From an uncultured Thermotogae bacterium (GTDB lineage Bacteria > Bipolaricaulota > Bipolaricaulia > RBG-16-55-9 > DRXL01): 64,000 nt of DNA. The translations under genes were made by a program, and so were the position numbers. Location: the NCBI GenBank assembly GCA_964473325.1, contig CAYYOG010000003.1, forward strand, positions 10,478-74,477. Direction: 5' to 3'. The notes beneath the pieces are model-generated. The model worked only from the letters and a program-made list of their open reading frames with translations. It had not been told where the DNA came from and did not search any database. Below, piece after piece: positions 20,174-28,711 of the stretch (its first letter is position 1; every line of letters starts with the position of its first letter).

Positions 20174-20824
20174 ATGAAGCTCGCGCCTTCGCTCCTAGCT
20201 GCGGATTTTGGGAGGCTGCTCGACGCTGCCCAAGCTGTTGCTGATCTCTCAGACTATCTTCATTGGGACGTGATGGACGGGCACTTCGTGCCCAACTTAA
20301 CGTTTGGCCCCGTCGTCGTCAACGCGCTGCGCGACAGGGTTTCTGTGCCCTTTGATATTCACTTGATGATCACCGATCCGCAGACGTACGCGCCGCAATT
20401 TAGAGTTCGTTCTGGTGATCTCATCTCGTTCCATCTGGAAGCTGTGTCTGATCCTATCGCCGTGATCGAGACGATTCGCGCGATGGGCGCGCGAGCAGGG
20501 ATCGCGCTGCGGCCCAAAATCCCCTTGAGTGTCGTCGAGAATCTTTTAGATCAGATAGATTTTTTGCTGGTCATGAGCGTGGAGCCGGGGTTTGCCGGGC
20601 AGGGCTTTATCGCTGAGACGCTTGAAAAAATTCGTCAGGCCAAAGAGCTCATTCAGAAAAAAAATCTGAGCGTCGAGATCGAAGTCGATGGAGGCGTCAA
20701 CGCACAAAATATCAAAGAGATCGCGCGGGCCGGAGCTGACATTATCGTCGCGGCCAGCGCGATCTTCGGGCAAAAGGACCCGCGACAAGCCCTCACTCAG
20801 CTTCGCGCCTTAGTCACTTCTTGA
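20174..20824 (+). CDS. rpe: Ribulose-phosphate 3-epimerase
   Basis: MKLAPSLLAADFGRL…HLDVMDGHFVPNLTFGP…MSVEPGFAGQ…VDGGV canonical Rpe motifs. Confidence 0.9.
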   Translation: MKLAPSLLAADFGRLLDAAQAVADLSDYLHWDVMDGHFVPNLTFGPVVVNALRDRVSVPFDIHLMITDPQTYAPQFRVRSGDLISFHLEAVSDPIAVIETIRAMGARAGIALRPKIPLSVVENLLDQIDFLLVMSVEPGFAGQGFIAETLEKIRQAKELIQKKNLSVEIEVDGGVNAQNIKEIARAGADIIVAASAIFGQKDPRQALTQLRALVTS

Positions 20825-21485
20825 AGGTTGGCGGCCAGCTGAAGCCGGGCGGGCACAGGTCTCCTCCAGCGTTGGCACTCATAGCGTTATTGCTTCCCAA
20901 AACCTGCGCGTCTACAGCCCACCCTTGGGCTTTGGAGATGGCCCACACTCCGCAGCCGCGATTGTTTGTGATAGTATTAGTGTTGATATCGGCCCTGTCG
21001 AGCACAGTGATCCCGACGCCGTTAGCAGAGATCGTGCTGTTTTGAATCGTAGCTTTTCCATCAGCGATGAGAACCCCGCCCCAGACATTCCCTGTGACCG
21101 TCACTTGATCCAGTACGACTTCAGCATTCTTGCCGATGGTGATGACGCCCCGGTCACCGCCGGTGATCGTCAAAGGCTTGCCTGGTTCACCGAGCAAGAG
21201 CACTTTCCCGTTGGTGACAGCGACAACGGAGAGGTGCGGGGTCGCTGAGGTGAGCGTCGCTCCCGGGCCGCGCAGCGTCAGGCTCTTCGTGATATAAAAG
21301 AAATTCTCTTTGCACGTCCCACTGACCGTGATGACTGTTCCAGCAGCAGCTTTGTCAATGGCTTTTTGTAAGCTCTCTTTGGCGCAATCTATGCTGATAG
21401 GTTGGGACTGCTGCGCCCCGGCAAGCTCCAATCCCCCAACGACCAACCACACTACTCCGACCGCCAACAGACTACACCGACGCAT
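20814..21485 (-). CDS. Secreted right-handed parallel beta-helix repeat protein
   Basis: Signal peptide; repetitive G/N/T/V-rich beta-helix-like repeats (ITGGDRGVITIGKNAEVVLDQVTVTGNVWGGVLIADG…). Confidence 0.5.
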   Translation of the reverse strand: MRRCSLLAVGVVWLVVGGLELAGAQQSQPISIDCAKESLQKAIDKAAAGTVITVSGTCKENFFYITKSLTLRGPGATLTSATPHLSVVAVTNGKVLLLGEPGKPLTITGGDRGVITIGKNAEVVLDQVTVTGNVWGGVLIADGKATIQNSTISANGVGITVLDRADINTNTITNNRGCGVWAISKAQGWAVDAQVLGSNNAMSANAGGDLCPPGFSWPPTFKK

Positions 21486-22093
21486 ACGAACCTCCTCCTT
21501 TCTCTAAGTGTGTGTGTTGTGCAGCAATCTCTTTGTGTGAAAAGCCTAACAGCCCCCAGATCATCAAGGGCACAAGCCAGTCCCCACTGAAGAGCTGGCC
21601 CCCTGTGCCAAATATGCCTTCTACGACGTTACACCCAACGTTGTCTGGATCATGATAGACGCATATCTCAGCGTGAGTGATAGTGATAGCTGAGAGCGCG
21701 TGTACTCCTAGCAATACCAGCATTCCCATATATCCCCCGGCCCAAGAATCTCTAAGCACGTGCGCTCCGGCTCAGATCCCCACTCACAGACGAGCTGCCC
21801 ACGGCAGATCGCAAAGAGTCCCCCTTATGGGGATTCAGAAACTCTTCGGGGTCGTTATAGAGCTCAGGTGGCGGAAGCTTGGTAGTATCCAGCCCCTCCA
21901 GGAGGCAGTCCTTGCTGCACACCGAAGCATGGGTCATGCCCAGTCCCTCCCCGCCTTGGCATTATTATACTCTTCATTGCTTATGTCCTGACAGTTTGTC
22001 AACAAAAGCGCGAAAAGATCGCGAATCTTAGGGCAGGGCAGGGCCTTGACACCCTCTTGCCCTCTTTTCGCGAAAGCCATACAATAGCGTTGC

Positions 22094-23449
22094 ATGAGCC
22101 AACTCTTCTCCAAGACAAGAACGAAGCCGCCCCTGGCCGAGCGGATGCGCCCACAAAGCTTAGAAGAATTTGTGGGCCAAGAAGAGCTCGTCGGCCCGGA
22201 CAAGCCCTTGAGAAAGATGATCGAGGGGAACGAGATTCGCTCTTTAGTTCTGTGGGGCCCGCCGGGGACGGGGAAAACCACTTTGGGCTGGATCATCGCT
22301 CGATCTTGTAGTGCAGAGTTTTTAGCGTTCAGCGCGACACGGTCTTCGATCAAAGAGATTCAGGGCGCGATGGAGCGCTCCAAGCGAAAATTTTTCAGTT
22401 ACGGCACGCGCGATCTCATCTTCGTTGACGAGCTCCATCGCTTCAACAAAGCCCAACAAGCTGCGTTTCTGCCCTACGTCGAGGAAGGCTCGATTCTCTT
22501 AATTGGGGCGACGACTGAAAACCCGTCGTTTGAGATTATTTCGCCGTTGCTGTCGCGCTCGCAGGTCTTCATGCTCCAGCCGCTCAGCCCAGAGCATATT
22601 AAAAAGATTCTCAGGCGCGCTCTGGCGGATCGCGAGTGCGGCCTGGGCGCACGAAACGTAAAACTCTCTCCCGACGCTGAAGAGTTTATCGCGCAGTATT
22701 GCGACGGCGATGCCCGAAGGGCTTTGAATCTCTTAGAGCTTGCCGCCGAGACAACAAAAGAGTGTATTGATCTCAAGGCAGTCCAAGACGTGGCGCAGCG
22801 CAAGCTGCCCCTCTATGACAAAGCCGGCGAAGAGCACTATAACGTAATCAGTGCGCTGCACAAGAGCGTGAGAAATTCTGATCCCGATGCGGCGCTGTAC
22901 TGGCTGGCGCGGATGCTCGCCGGCGGCGAGGACCCGCTCTACATCGCGCGCAGACTCATTCGCATGGCCGTCGAAGATATTGGGCTCGCTGACCCCCAGG
23001 CGCTTGCGGTCGCCGTCGCTGCGAAGGACGCCTATGATTTTCTCGGTTCACCGGAGGGCGAGTTGGCGCTTGCCGAGACGGTGATCTATCTGGCGACCGC
23101 GCCCAAGAGCAATTCGGTGTACAAAGCGTTTGATGAGGTCCGCGAAGCGGTCGAGGCGACGCGCAACGAGCCTGTCCCGTTGCACTTGAGAAACCCGGTC
23201 ACGAAGTTGATGAAAGCCGTGGGCTACGGGGAGGGCTATCAGTACGCGCACAGCCTCCCAGAGGGCATCGCGCCGATGGAGTGTCTGCCCGAGAGCCTGC
23301 GGGGTCGGACGTACTATCACCCCAAAGATTCCGGCTACGAGCGCGAGATTAAGCAGCGCTTGGAGCGCTGGAAGGCGCTGCGAGCAAAGGCGATTGAATC
23401 ACGGAAGGCACGGAGCAGCATGGAAAGCACTGAAGAAAGAAGATCTTAA
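22094..23449 (+). CDS. rarA: Replication-associated recombination protein A (AAA+ ATPase RarA/MgsA)
   Basis: Walker A GPPGTGKTTL, Walker B LIFVDELHRFNK, MgsA C-terminal helical domain. TACAAT at 22083-22088 sits 5 nt before the ATG, suggesting a leaderless start. Confidence 0.9.
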   Translation: MSQLFSKTRTKPPLAERMRPQSLEEFVGQEELVGPDKPLRKMIEGNEIRSLVLWGPPGTGKTTLGWIIARSCSAEFLAFSATRSSIKEIQGAMERSKRKFFSYGTRDLIFVDELHRFNKAQQAAFLPYVEEGSILLIGATTENPSFEIISPLLSRSQVFMLQPLSPEHIKKILRRALADRECGLGARNVKLSPDAEEFIAQYCDGDARRALNLLELAAETTKECIDLKAVQDVAQRKLPLYDKAGEEHYNVISALHKSVRNSDPDAALYWLARMLAGGEDPLYIARRLIRMAVEDIGLADPQALAVAVAAKDAYDFLGSPEGELALAETVIYLATAPKSNSVYKAFDEVREAVEATRNEPVPLHLRNPVTKLMKAVGYGEGYQYAHSLPEGIAPMECLPESLRGRTYYHPKDSGYEREIKQRLERWKALRAKAIESRKARSSMESTEERRS

Positions 23450-23460
23450 GAGGTGAAAAA

Positions 23461-24327
23461 ATGCTGGCGACGTTCTCGATTGTTGCGTGCGATCTCAAAG
23501 CACGAGAGTGGGGCGTGGCGGTGCAATCGAAGTTTTTAGCTGTAGGACCTATAGTGCCCTGGGCAGAAGCGAACGTCGGCGCGATTGCGACGCAAGCGTA
23601 CGCGAACACAAGCTATGGCCCGCGAGGCCTCGCGATGCTTAGGCTGGGTTTTTCTGCTGAGGAGACATTGAAAAAGCTCTTAGAGACTGACGCAGAGCGC
23701 GAGCACCGCCAAGTGGGCATCGTCGACGTTCAAGGGCGTGCTACTGCGTTCACGGGAAAGAAGTGCTACTCCTGGGCGGGGCACATTGTGGGCAAAAATT
23801 TTGCCGTGCAGGGTAATATTTTAGTCGGTGAGAAGACGGTCGAGGCGATGGCAGAAGCATTTGAGCGAACGCGTGGTTCGCTCTGGAAGAGACTGTTAGA
23901 GGCTTTGCGGGCAGGGCAGCGCGCCGGGGGCGACCGGCGCGGCCGACAATCAGCAGCGATCGTCGTGGTGAAAGAAAAAGGCGGCTACGGGGAGTTCAAT
24001 GACCGACTCATTGACTTGAGAGTAGATGATCATCCCAACCCCATCGAAGAGCTGGCACGGCTTTTGGATCTGCGCGAGCTGTACTTCGGCCAGACAAAGA
24101 AGCGCGTGAAGCTCGACGCTCCCACGACGAAGCGCGTCCAGACGATGCTGAAAGCGTTAGGGTATTACAAGGGCGCGACCCACGGCAAGCTCGACAAGGC
24201 CACGCGCCAAGCGCTCATAGACTTCCACAATACAGAGAATCTTGAGATGCGCTTGCAGGAAGATCTGCGGTTTCTGGACGCCCAGGTTTTAAAGTTTTTA
24301 GAAGAGAGATTTCAGCAGGGAGATTAA
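23461..24327 (+). CDS. DUF1028 (Ntn-hydrolase-like) protein with a C-terminal peptidoglycan-binding-like domain
   Basis: N-terminal MLATFSIVACD…GVAVQSKF matches the DUF1028 pattern. C-terminal TKRVQTMLKALGYYKG…KLDKATRQALIDF resembles PG_binding_1. Confidence 0.55.
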   Translation: MLATFSIVACDLKAREWGVAVQSKFLAVGPIVPWAEANVGAIATQAYANTSYGPRGLAMLRLGFSAEETLKKLLETDAEREHRQVGIVDVQGRATAFTGKKCYSWAGHIVGKNFAVQGNILVGEKTVEAMAEAFERTRGSLWKRLLEALRAGQRAGGDRRGRQSAAIVVVKEKGGYGEFNDRLIDLRVDDHPNPIEELARLLDLRELYFGQTKKRVKLDAPTTKRVQTMLKALGYYKGATHGKLDKATRQALIDFHNTENLEMRLQEDLRFLDAQVLKFLEERFQQGD

Positions 24328-24371
24328 CTGCGCTTACCCGGTAAAGAGTTTCCCTCTTCCAGTCTGAAAAC

Positions 24372-24400
24372 TTGACAAACTCGCCCCCTGGTGCTATAAT
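24372..24400 (+). promoter_or_regulatory. Consensus sigma70-type promoter (TTGACA-17-TATAAT) for hsp20
   Basis: TTGACA at 24372-24377, TATAAT at 24395-24400, exact 17-nt spacer. Confidence 0.7.
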
Positions 24401-24404
24401 CGGA

Positions 24405-24431
24405 TTAGCAGACTAGAGCTGAGTCTGCTAA
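24405..24431 (+). promoter_or_regulatory. CIRCE-like inverted repeat (TTAGCAGAC-N9-GTCTGCTAA) overlapping the transcription start of hsp20; putative HrcA operator variant
   Basis: Perfect 9-bp inverted arms with a 9-nt spacer. Matches CIRCE TTAGCACTC-N9-GAGTGCTAA except for a symmetric CT->GA change in both arms. Confidence 0.6.
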
Positions 24432-24474
24432 TTTCGAGAAATGACAGAACAGAATAGCAAAGGAGGTAGAGATC

Positions 24475-24933
24475 ATGACCAGACTGCCAGAACTCTGGAG
24501 GGAGCCCTTTGCGCTCTCGACGCGGCTGAGCCGCTTGATGGACGAGCTCTTTGCCGACTTCGACCGCAGCTTGTTCTTCGACTGGACGCCCTTCGAAACC
24601 TTCGGGAGAACAGATATCTATGAAAAAGACGGGAAGCTCGTCTACGAGACCGAGCTGCCCGGGGTGAAGAAGGGCGATATAGAGATCAAGGTCGAGGACG
24701 GCCGGCTCGTCATCAGCGGCGAGGTCAAGCGCGATGAGCGCATCGAGCGTGAGAACTACTTCCGTATCGGGCGTCACTACGGGAAGTTTCAAAGATGCTT
24801 CCCGCTCCCTGAGCAGGCCGATGATCCCAAGAAGATCAAGGCCAGCTTCGAGGACGGCATCTTAAGAGTGACGGTCCCGCTGCGGGAGTCGCTCAAAGAG
24901 AAAGAAAAGCCCATCGAGATCAAGGTCGAGTGA
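24475..24933 (+). CDS. Hsp20/alpha-crystallin family small heat-shock protein
   Basis: Alpha-crystallin domain (…DIYEKDGKLVYETELPGVKKGDIEIKVEDGRLVISGE…GKFQRCFPLP…). AAAGGAGG SD. Confidence 0.9.
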   Translation: MTRLPELWREPFALSTRLSRLMDELFADFDRSLFFDWTPFETFGRTDIYEKDGKLVYETELPGVKKGDIEIKVEDGRLVISGEVKRDERIERENYFRIGRHYGKFQRCFPLPEQADDPKKIKASFEDGILRVTVPLRESLKEKEKPIEIKVE

Positions 24934-24934
24934 C

Positions 24935-25008
24935 GCTTCGAGGCCCTCACCCCCGACCCCTCTCCCGTCTAGACGGGAGAGGGGTGCCCGCAGGGCCGGG
25001 GTGAGGGC
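24935..25008. terminator. Compound GC-rich hairpin; bidirectional terminator between convergent genes
   Basis: Nested inverted repeats gaggccctcacccc…ggggtgagggcct and cccctctcccgtctagacgggagagggg. Confidence 0.55.
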
Positions 25009-25009
25009 C

Positions 25010-26065
25010 TTAAAATCTCTCCCACTTGATCGGCTCAGTAAAATCAGGCAAGCCCTCTGCAGTCAACGGGACTTCTGCCCGCTCGATGGAGATGACGGGA
25101 TACCCAGACCCAAAGCGATAAATGTACGTATATGGCTTTTCGTTTTTGTAGTGCAAGAAGACCCGAGCTATCAGTTTGGCTTTTTCGAGCAAGATCGGCT
25201 TGCCCACGTTGTCACGACGCGCGATCCCCAGATCGAAAAGCTCCTTGGTGTTGAGAATATACGCCGAGAACGTCACGGCGAAGTCTTCGTATTCGTTCGT
25301 CATCGCATAGTTAGGCGGCCCGCCGAATGGCTCACGAACGTAATTAACCATATCAGAGCCGGACTGCTTATGAAGCGAGGTCCACTCGCGCTTGAGCGAC
25401 GCACCGACTTTAACAAGGTGCACAAAGTGTGCCAGCTCATGATAGAAGATCCCCGTGAAGCGTCGCCCTGGCATCATGCGATACATCTCAATAGTGCGCT
25501 CGGCGTAGAGAAAACGTCCTTCGAATTCATTCGATGGGGGCAAGAACTTGATCTTCCGGAGCCCTTCGCTCAGGCGGGTACCCAAGGAACGCAGCGCCCG
25601 CCACATTTGATCGCAATGATGATCTTCGAGCTCCCCAGCTTCTTCTTCGTAAGAGATACGAACGCTTAATTCAGCAGCGATCTCGACACAGAACGCCTTG
25701 GGGAACGTAATATCGAGTTCGACCGTGAGCGCCGTACTGTTGGTGTGGAAGAAAACAATGCGCCAAGGTCGATTGAGGCTTGCGGCGTCGGCCTCAGCGA
25801 GCAGATCAAACGAGCTGTGATCGAGCGTGAGCGCGACGGGCTGATTGAGATCGGGCTTATAAAGCTGCGCTGAGGCCCACAGCTCTAATGGCCTGACTTC
25901 AAAGTGCGCGCGGACAGGGCCGGGTGCTGTGGGCACGAACGTGACTTCATAGAGTTCCCCCGGCGCGACTGTCGCTTTATACGCACCCGTCACGGTTGCG
26001 TGCGCCGCGACGGCGAGCATTATGAGTAGAAGAGTAATCAGAGTAAAAAGCTTTGCGCGCATCAT
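25010..26065 (-). CDS. Secreted hypothetical protein with an HExxH motif (DUF4157-like putative metalloprotease)
   Basis: Signal peptide MMRAKLFTLITLLLIMLAVAAHA; FYHELAHFVHL motif. Start placed at ATG 26065 (AAGGA SD); the track start is GTG 26071. Confidence 0.5.
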   Translation of the reverse strand: MMRAKLFTLITLLLIMLAVAAHATVTGAYKATVAPGELYEVTFVPTAPGPVRAHFEVRPLELWASAQLYKPDLNQPVALTLDHSSFDLLAEADAASLNRPWRIVFFHTNSTALTVELDITFPKAFCVEIAAELSVRISYEEEAGELEDHHCDQMWRALRSLGTRLSEGLRKIKFLPPSNEFEGRFLYAERTIEMYRMMPGRRFTGIFYHELAHFVHLVKVGASLKREWTSLHKQSGSDMVNYVREPFGGPPNYAMTNEYEDFAVTFSAYILNTKELFDLGIARRDNVGKPILLEKAKLIARVFLHYKNEKPYTYIYRFGSGYPVISIERAEVPLTAEGLPDFTEPIKWERF

Positions 26066-26218
26066 GAACACCGTCCTTGAGAAAAGCTTTCGAGGGGATA
26101 TTATAGCACACAGAGTCAGGGAACTGACAGCTCACCAAGAGAGGGCGGGGGAAAGCTCCCTAGACGGTTGGGAGCCAGATTTCTAGGGGACCTTCCCCCT
26201 GACTACCGACCGGAGGGC

Positions 26219-26479
26219 TTAAAAAATCTCGAGAATCTGATAGCGCAGCTCGCCAATAGGCGCGTGGACAGTAATAGACTCACCGGGCCGACGCCCTAGC
26301 AAAGCCTGCCCCAACGGGGATTCCGTCGAGATGCGATCCTCTTCTGGGTCGGCTTCGCCAGGGCTGACAAGCGTGAGCGTGTGCGCGCGGCATGAGCGCG
26401 CTTCCATCACTGTGACGCGGCAACCTAGCTCCACTCTGTCTTTAGCGCGCGGGCGAGCACGCAAACCAGTCGCTGGCAT
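26219..26479 (-). CDS. GreA/GreB-family protein consisting only of the C-terminal FKBP-like domain
   Basis: VSPGEADPEEDRISTESPLGQALLGRRPGESITVHAPIGELRYQILEI aligns with the GreA C-terminal domain. Start placed at ATG 26479 (AGGAGG SD). Confidence 0.5.
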   Translation of the reverse strand: MPATGLRARPRAKDRVELGCRVTVMEARSCRAHTLTLVSPGEADPEEDRISTESPLGQALLGRRPGESITVHAPIGELRYQILEIF

Positions 26480-26688
26480 AATCTCTAGCCTCCTCATGCT
26501 TCATGATCGGGGAAATAAAAAAGAGAGATTGATGAGAGCTCGCTGCGAGATTCTGCAGAACCTGACGGCTTGAGCGTATTGGGTCACTCATAAAAGGTGC
26601 GCATCTGCGCACTTGCACAACTATAGTGTATATATTATAATACTAAACGCGGCCTTTGTCAAGAGATGGGGATCACAAGGAGCCACAG

Positions 26689-27000
26689 ATGATCTACACG
26701 CAGTATATTTATCTCTTTAAGTGCTTGTCGCACCGGTCGCGGTTGCGGCTGATGGAACTGCTAGCTGCGCATGGCGAAATGACCGTCTCGGAGATCGCTG
26801 CAGCATTTCAGGGCGAAGACATCGAAGATCGCGATCCCAGCACGATCTCGCGCAATCTCACTATTCTACGGCAACAGGGCTTTGTGACCCCGCGCCGCGT
26901 GGGCCAGATGAAATACTACTCGCTCAACATCGCCAAGATCGAAGAAGCGTTTGCGGACTTCCTCAAATTCTTGCGCACGGCTAAAACCCGCCTGAAGTAG
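26689..27000 (+). CDS. ArsR/SmtB-family transcriptional regulator
   Basis: HTH region LFKCLSHRSRLRLMELLAAHGEMTVSEIAAAF…STISRNLTILRQQGFV. AAGGAG SD before ATG 26689; a 7-bp-arm palindrome GTGCGCA-tc-TGCGCAC lies upstream at 26597-26612. Confidence 0.75.
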   Translation: MIYTQYIYLFKCLSHRSRLRLMELLAAHGEMTVSEIAAAFQGEDIEDRDPSTISRNLTILRQQGFVTPRRVGQMKYYSLNIAKIEEAFADFLKFLRTAKTRLK

Positions 27001-27084
27001 CCCCCTATTTGACTGCCGGGGAGCCTCTCCCGTATGATACGTCTACGAAAGCTCCAACGTTGGGAAAGGGGGAAACGGGAACGT

Positions 27085-27852
27085 ATGCGGTGCGTCGCGA
27101 TCACCAACCAGAAGGGTGGCTCCGGTAAGACCACAACAGCTGTCAACTTGGCTGCAGCGTTAGGCGAGAAGAAACGTCGCGTCTTGGTCATCGATCTTGA
27201 TCCGCAGTGCTCAGCTACATCATGGTTTGGTCTCAAAAATGCTGATAAGGGCATCTTTCGCGTCTTTGTCGAAAACGGGAGCGTTGTAGATATTGTCAGT
27301 AAGACAAACGTTCCCAATGTCGAGATCGTCCCGGCCAGCCCGTGGCTAATAGGGGCTGAGAAAGCCCTCGCTGGAGAGGTCGGCGCGGAGACGATCTTGC
27401 GACGCCAAGTCCATAATCTCCCCAAAGATCGCTGGGACTATCTCTTGATAGACTGCCCGCCGGCGCTGGGGATTTTGACCGTGAATGCGCTAGCAGCTGT
27501 CAGCGAAGTGCTCGTCCCGGTTGAAGCCCACGTGCTGGCACTGGAAGGCTTGGCTCAGCTTCTGCAGACCGTTGATGTCGTTAGAGAGCGGCTCAACCCA
27601 GATCTCGAGATCTGTGGGATCTTGGCGTGCCGCGTGGACGGGCGCACGCGCCATGCCCAAGAAGTCGTCGAACAGCTCCAGAGCCGTTTCGGGAACCTTG
27701 TCTATAAGACAGTTATTCGCGAGAACGTCCGTCTGGCGGAGTGCCCTTCTTTTGGGAAGCCCATTATGCACTACGATCCGCGCAGCTATGGCGCACAGGA
27801 CTATCGCGCGCTCGCGTTAGAGATCATCCGTCAAGAACGAGGGAGGGAGTAG
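27085..27852 (+). CDS. parA: ParA/Soj-family P-loop ATPase
   Basis: Deviant Walker A ITNQKGGSGKTTTAVNLAAAL; DLDPQ motif; typical ParA length. Confidence 0.85.
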   Translation: MRCVAITNQKGGSGKTTTAVNLAAALGEKKRRVLVIDLDPQCSATSWFGLKNADKGIFRVFVENGSVVDIVSKTNVPNVEIVPASPWLIGAEKALAGEVGAETILRRQVHNLPKDRWDYLLIDCPPALGILTVNALAAVSEVLVPVEAHVLALEGLAQLLQTVDVVRERLNPDLEICGILACRVDGRTRHAQEVVEQLQSRFGNLVYKTVIRENVRLAECPSFGKPIMHYDPRSYGAQDYRALALEIIRQERGRE

Positions 27853-27853
27853 A

Positions 27854-28144
27854 ATGGCCAAGCGACGCACCATCGGGACAAGCCCACTCGATGCAGTCAT
27901 TCCAAGTCGGCAACTCGTTGAAGGTGGGGCGACAAAAAAAATTATAAAAGAGCGACTGACAGTCCATCTGCCCGTCGATTTGATCGAGCGCGTCAAGAAC
28001 GCCGTCTACTGGACGCCAGGACTGACGCTCGCCGGGCTTGCTGAAGAAGCGTTCACTGCGGCTGTCGAGAGACTCGAACGCGAACGAGGCGAGCCCTTCC
28101 CACCGCGAAAATCTGAGCTGAAGGGCGGACGGCCTTTGAAGTAA
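27854..28144 (+). CDS. Small ribbon-helix-helix protein (ParG-like type Ib centromere-binding partner of ParA)
   Basis: 96 aa, starting 1 nt after the parA stop. Lysine-rich flexible N-terminus, then an RHH-like KERLTVHLPVDLIERVKNAV…LAGLAEEAFTAAVERLE. Confidence 0.5.
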   Translation: MAKRRTIGTSPLDAVIPSRQLVEGGATKKIIKERLTVHLPVDLIERVKNAVYWTPGLTLAGLAEEAFTAAVERLERERGEPFPPRKSELKGGRPLK

Positions 28145-28159
28145 AGACTTATTTCCCCC

Positions 28160-28190
28160 ATAGCCCCCTTCCCGAATCGGGAAGGGGGTT
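28160..28190. terminator. Hairpin terminator (cccccttccc-gaat-cgggaaggggg) between convergent genes
   Basis: 10-bp GC-rich stem with a 4-nt loop, read directly. Confidence 0.6.
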
Positions 28191-28205
28191 GAGGGATTTA
28201 GGTTC

Positions 28206-28529
28206 TTATGCCCTCTTGACAGAGAGTTTGCCGCCAGCCTCGATGACCTTCAGTCTCTTGCGCACCATCTCTTTCAGCTCGCGGCCAGCGCGGAAGGCCG
28301 GGACGACCTTGCTGGGCACCATCAGCCGCTGGCCAGTCTGCGGGTTGATGCGGCTGCTGCTGCGGCGCGCCCGGGCCACAAAGCTGCCAAACCCGGTAAT
28401 GCGTACGGTCTGGCCCTCTGCGACCGACTTGGAGATCGCGTTGAAGATGGTGTTGACGGCCTCGCGCGCGGTGCGCTTGGGCATGCCCGTCCTCTGGGCC
28501 ACGGTCTCGATGAGCTCTGCTTTGTTCAT
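28206..28529 (-). CDS. hup: HU-family DNA-binding protein with a basic C-terminal extension
   Basis: MNKAELIETVAQRTGMPKRTAREAVNTIFNAI…GFGSFVARARRS…NPQTGQ HU signature. Confidence 0.9.
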   Translation of the reverse strand: MNKAELIETVAQRTGMPKRTAREAVNTIFNAISKSVAEGQTVRITGFGSFVARARRSSSRINPQTGQRLMVPSKVVPAFRAGRELKEMVRKRLKVIEAGGKLSVKRA

Positions 28530-28711
28530 GGTGAACCCCCTTTAGTGGTTGCTAAGATAGCTGTATTGTAGATCAGAAGTGGCCCAAAAGTCAAGTCGGA
28601 AGCACACTACAGAGCCTTGTGAACGCAGGGGGTGTGCGGATTTCCCTGATTCTCACGCAAATATGGCGATTTGCCCATGCCCAAATCCCCGCCGTTCAGG
28701 CGTATCAGTGC

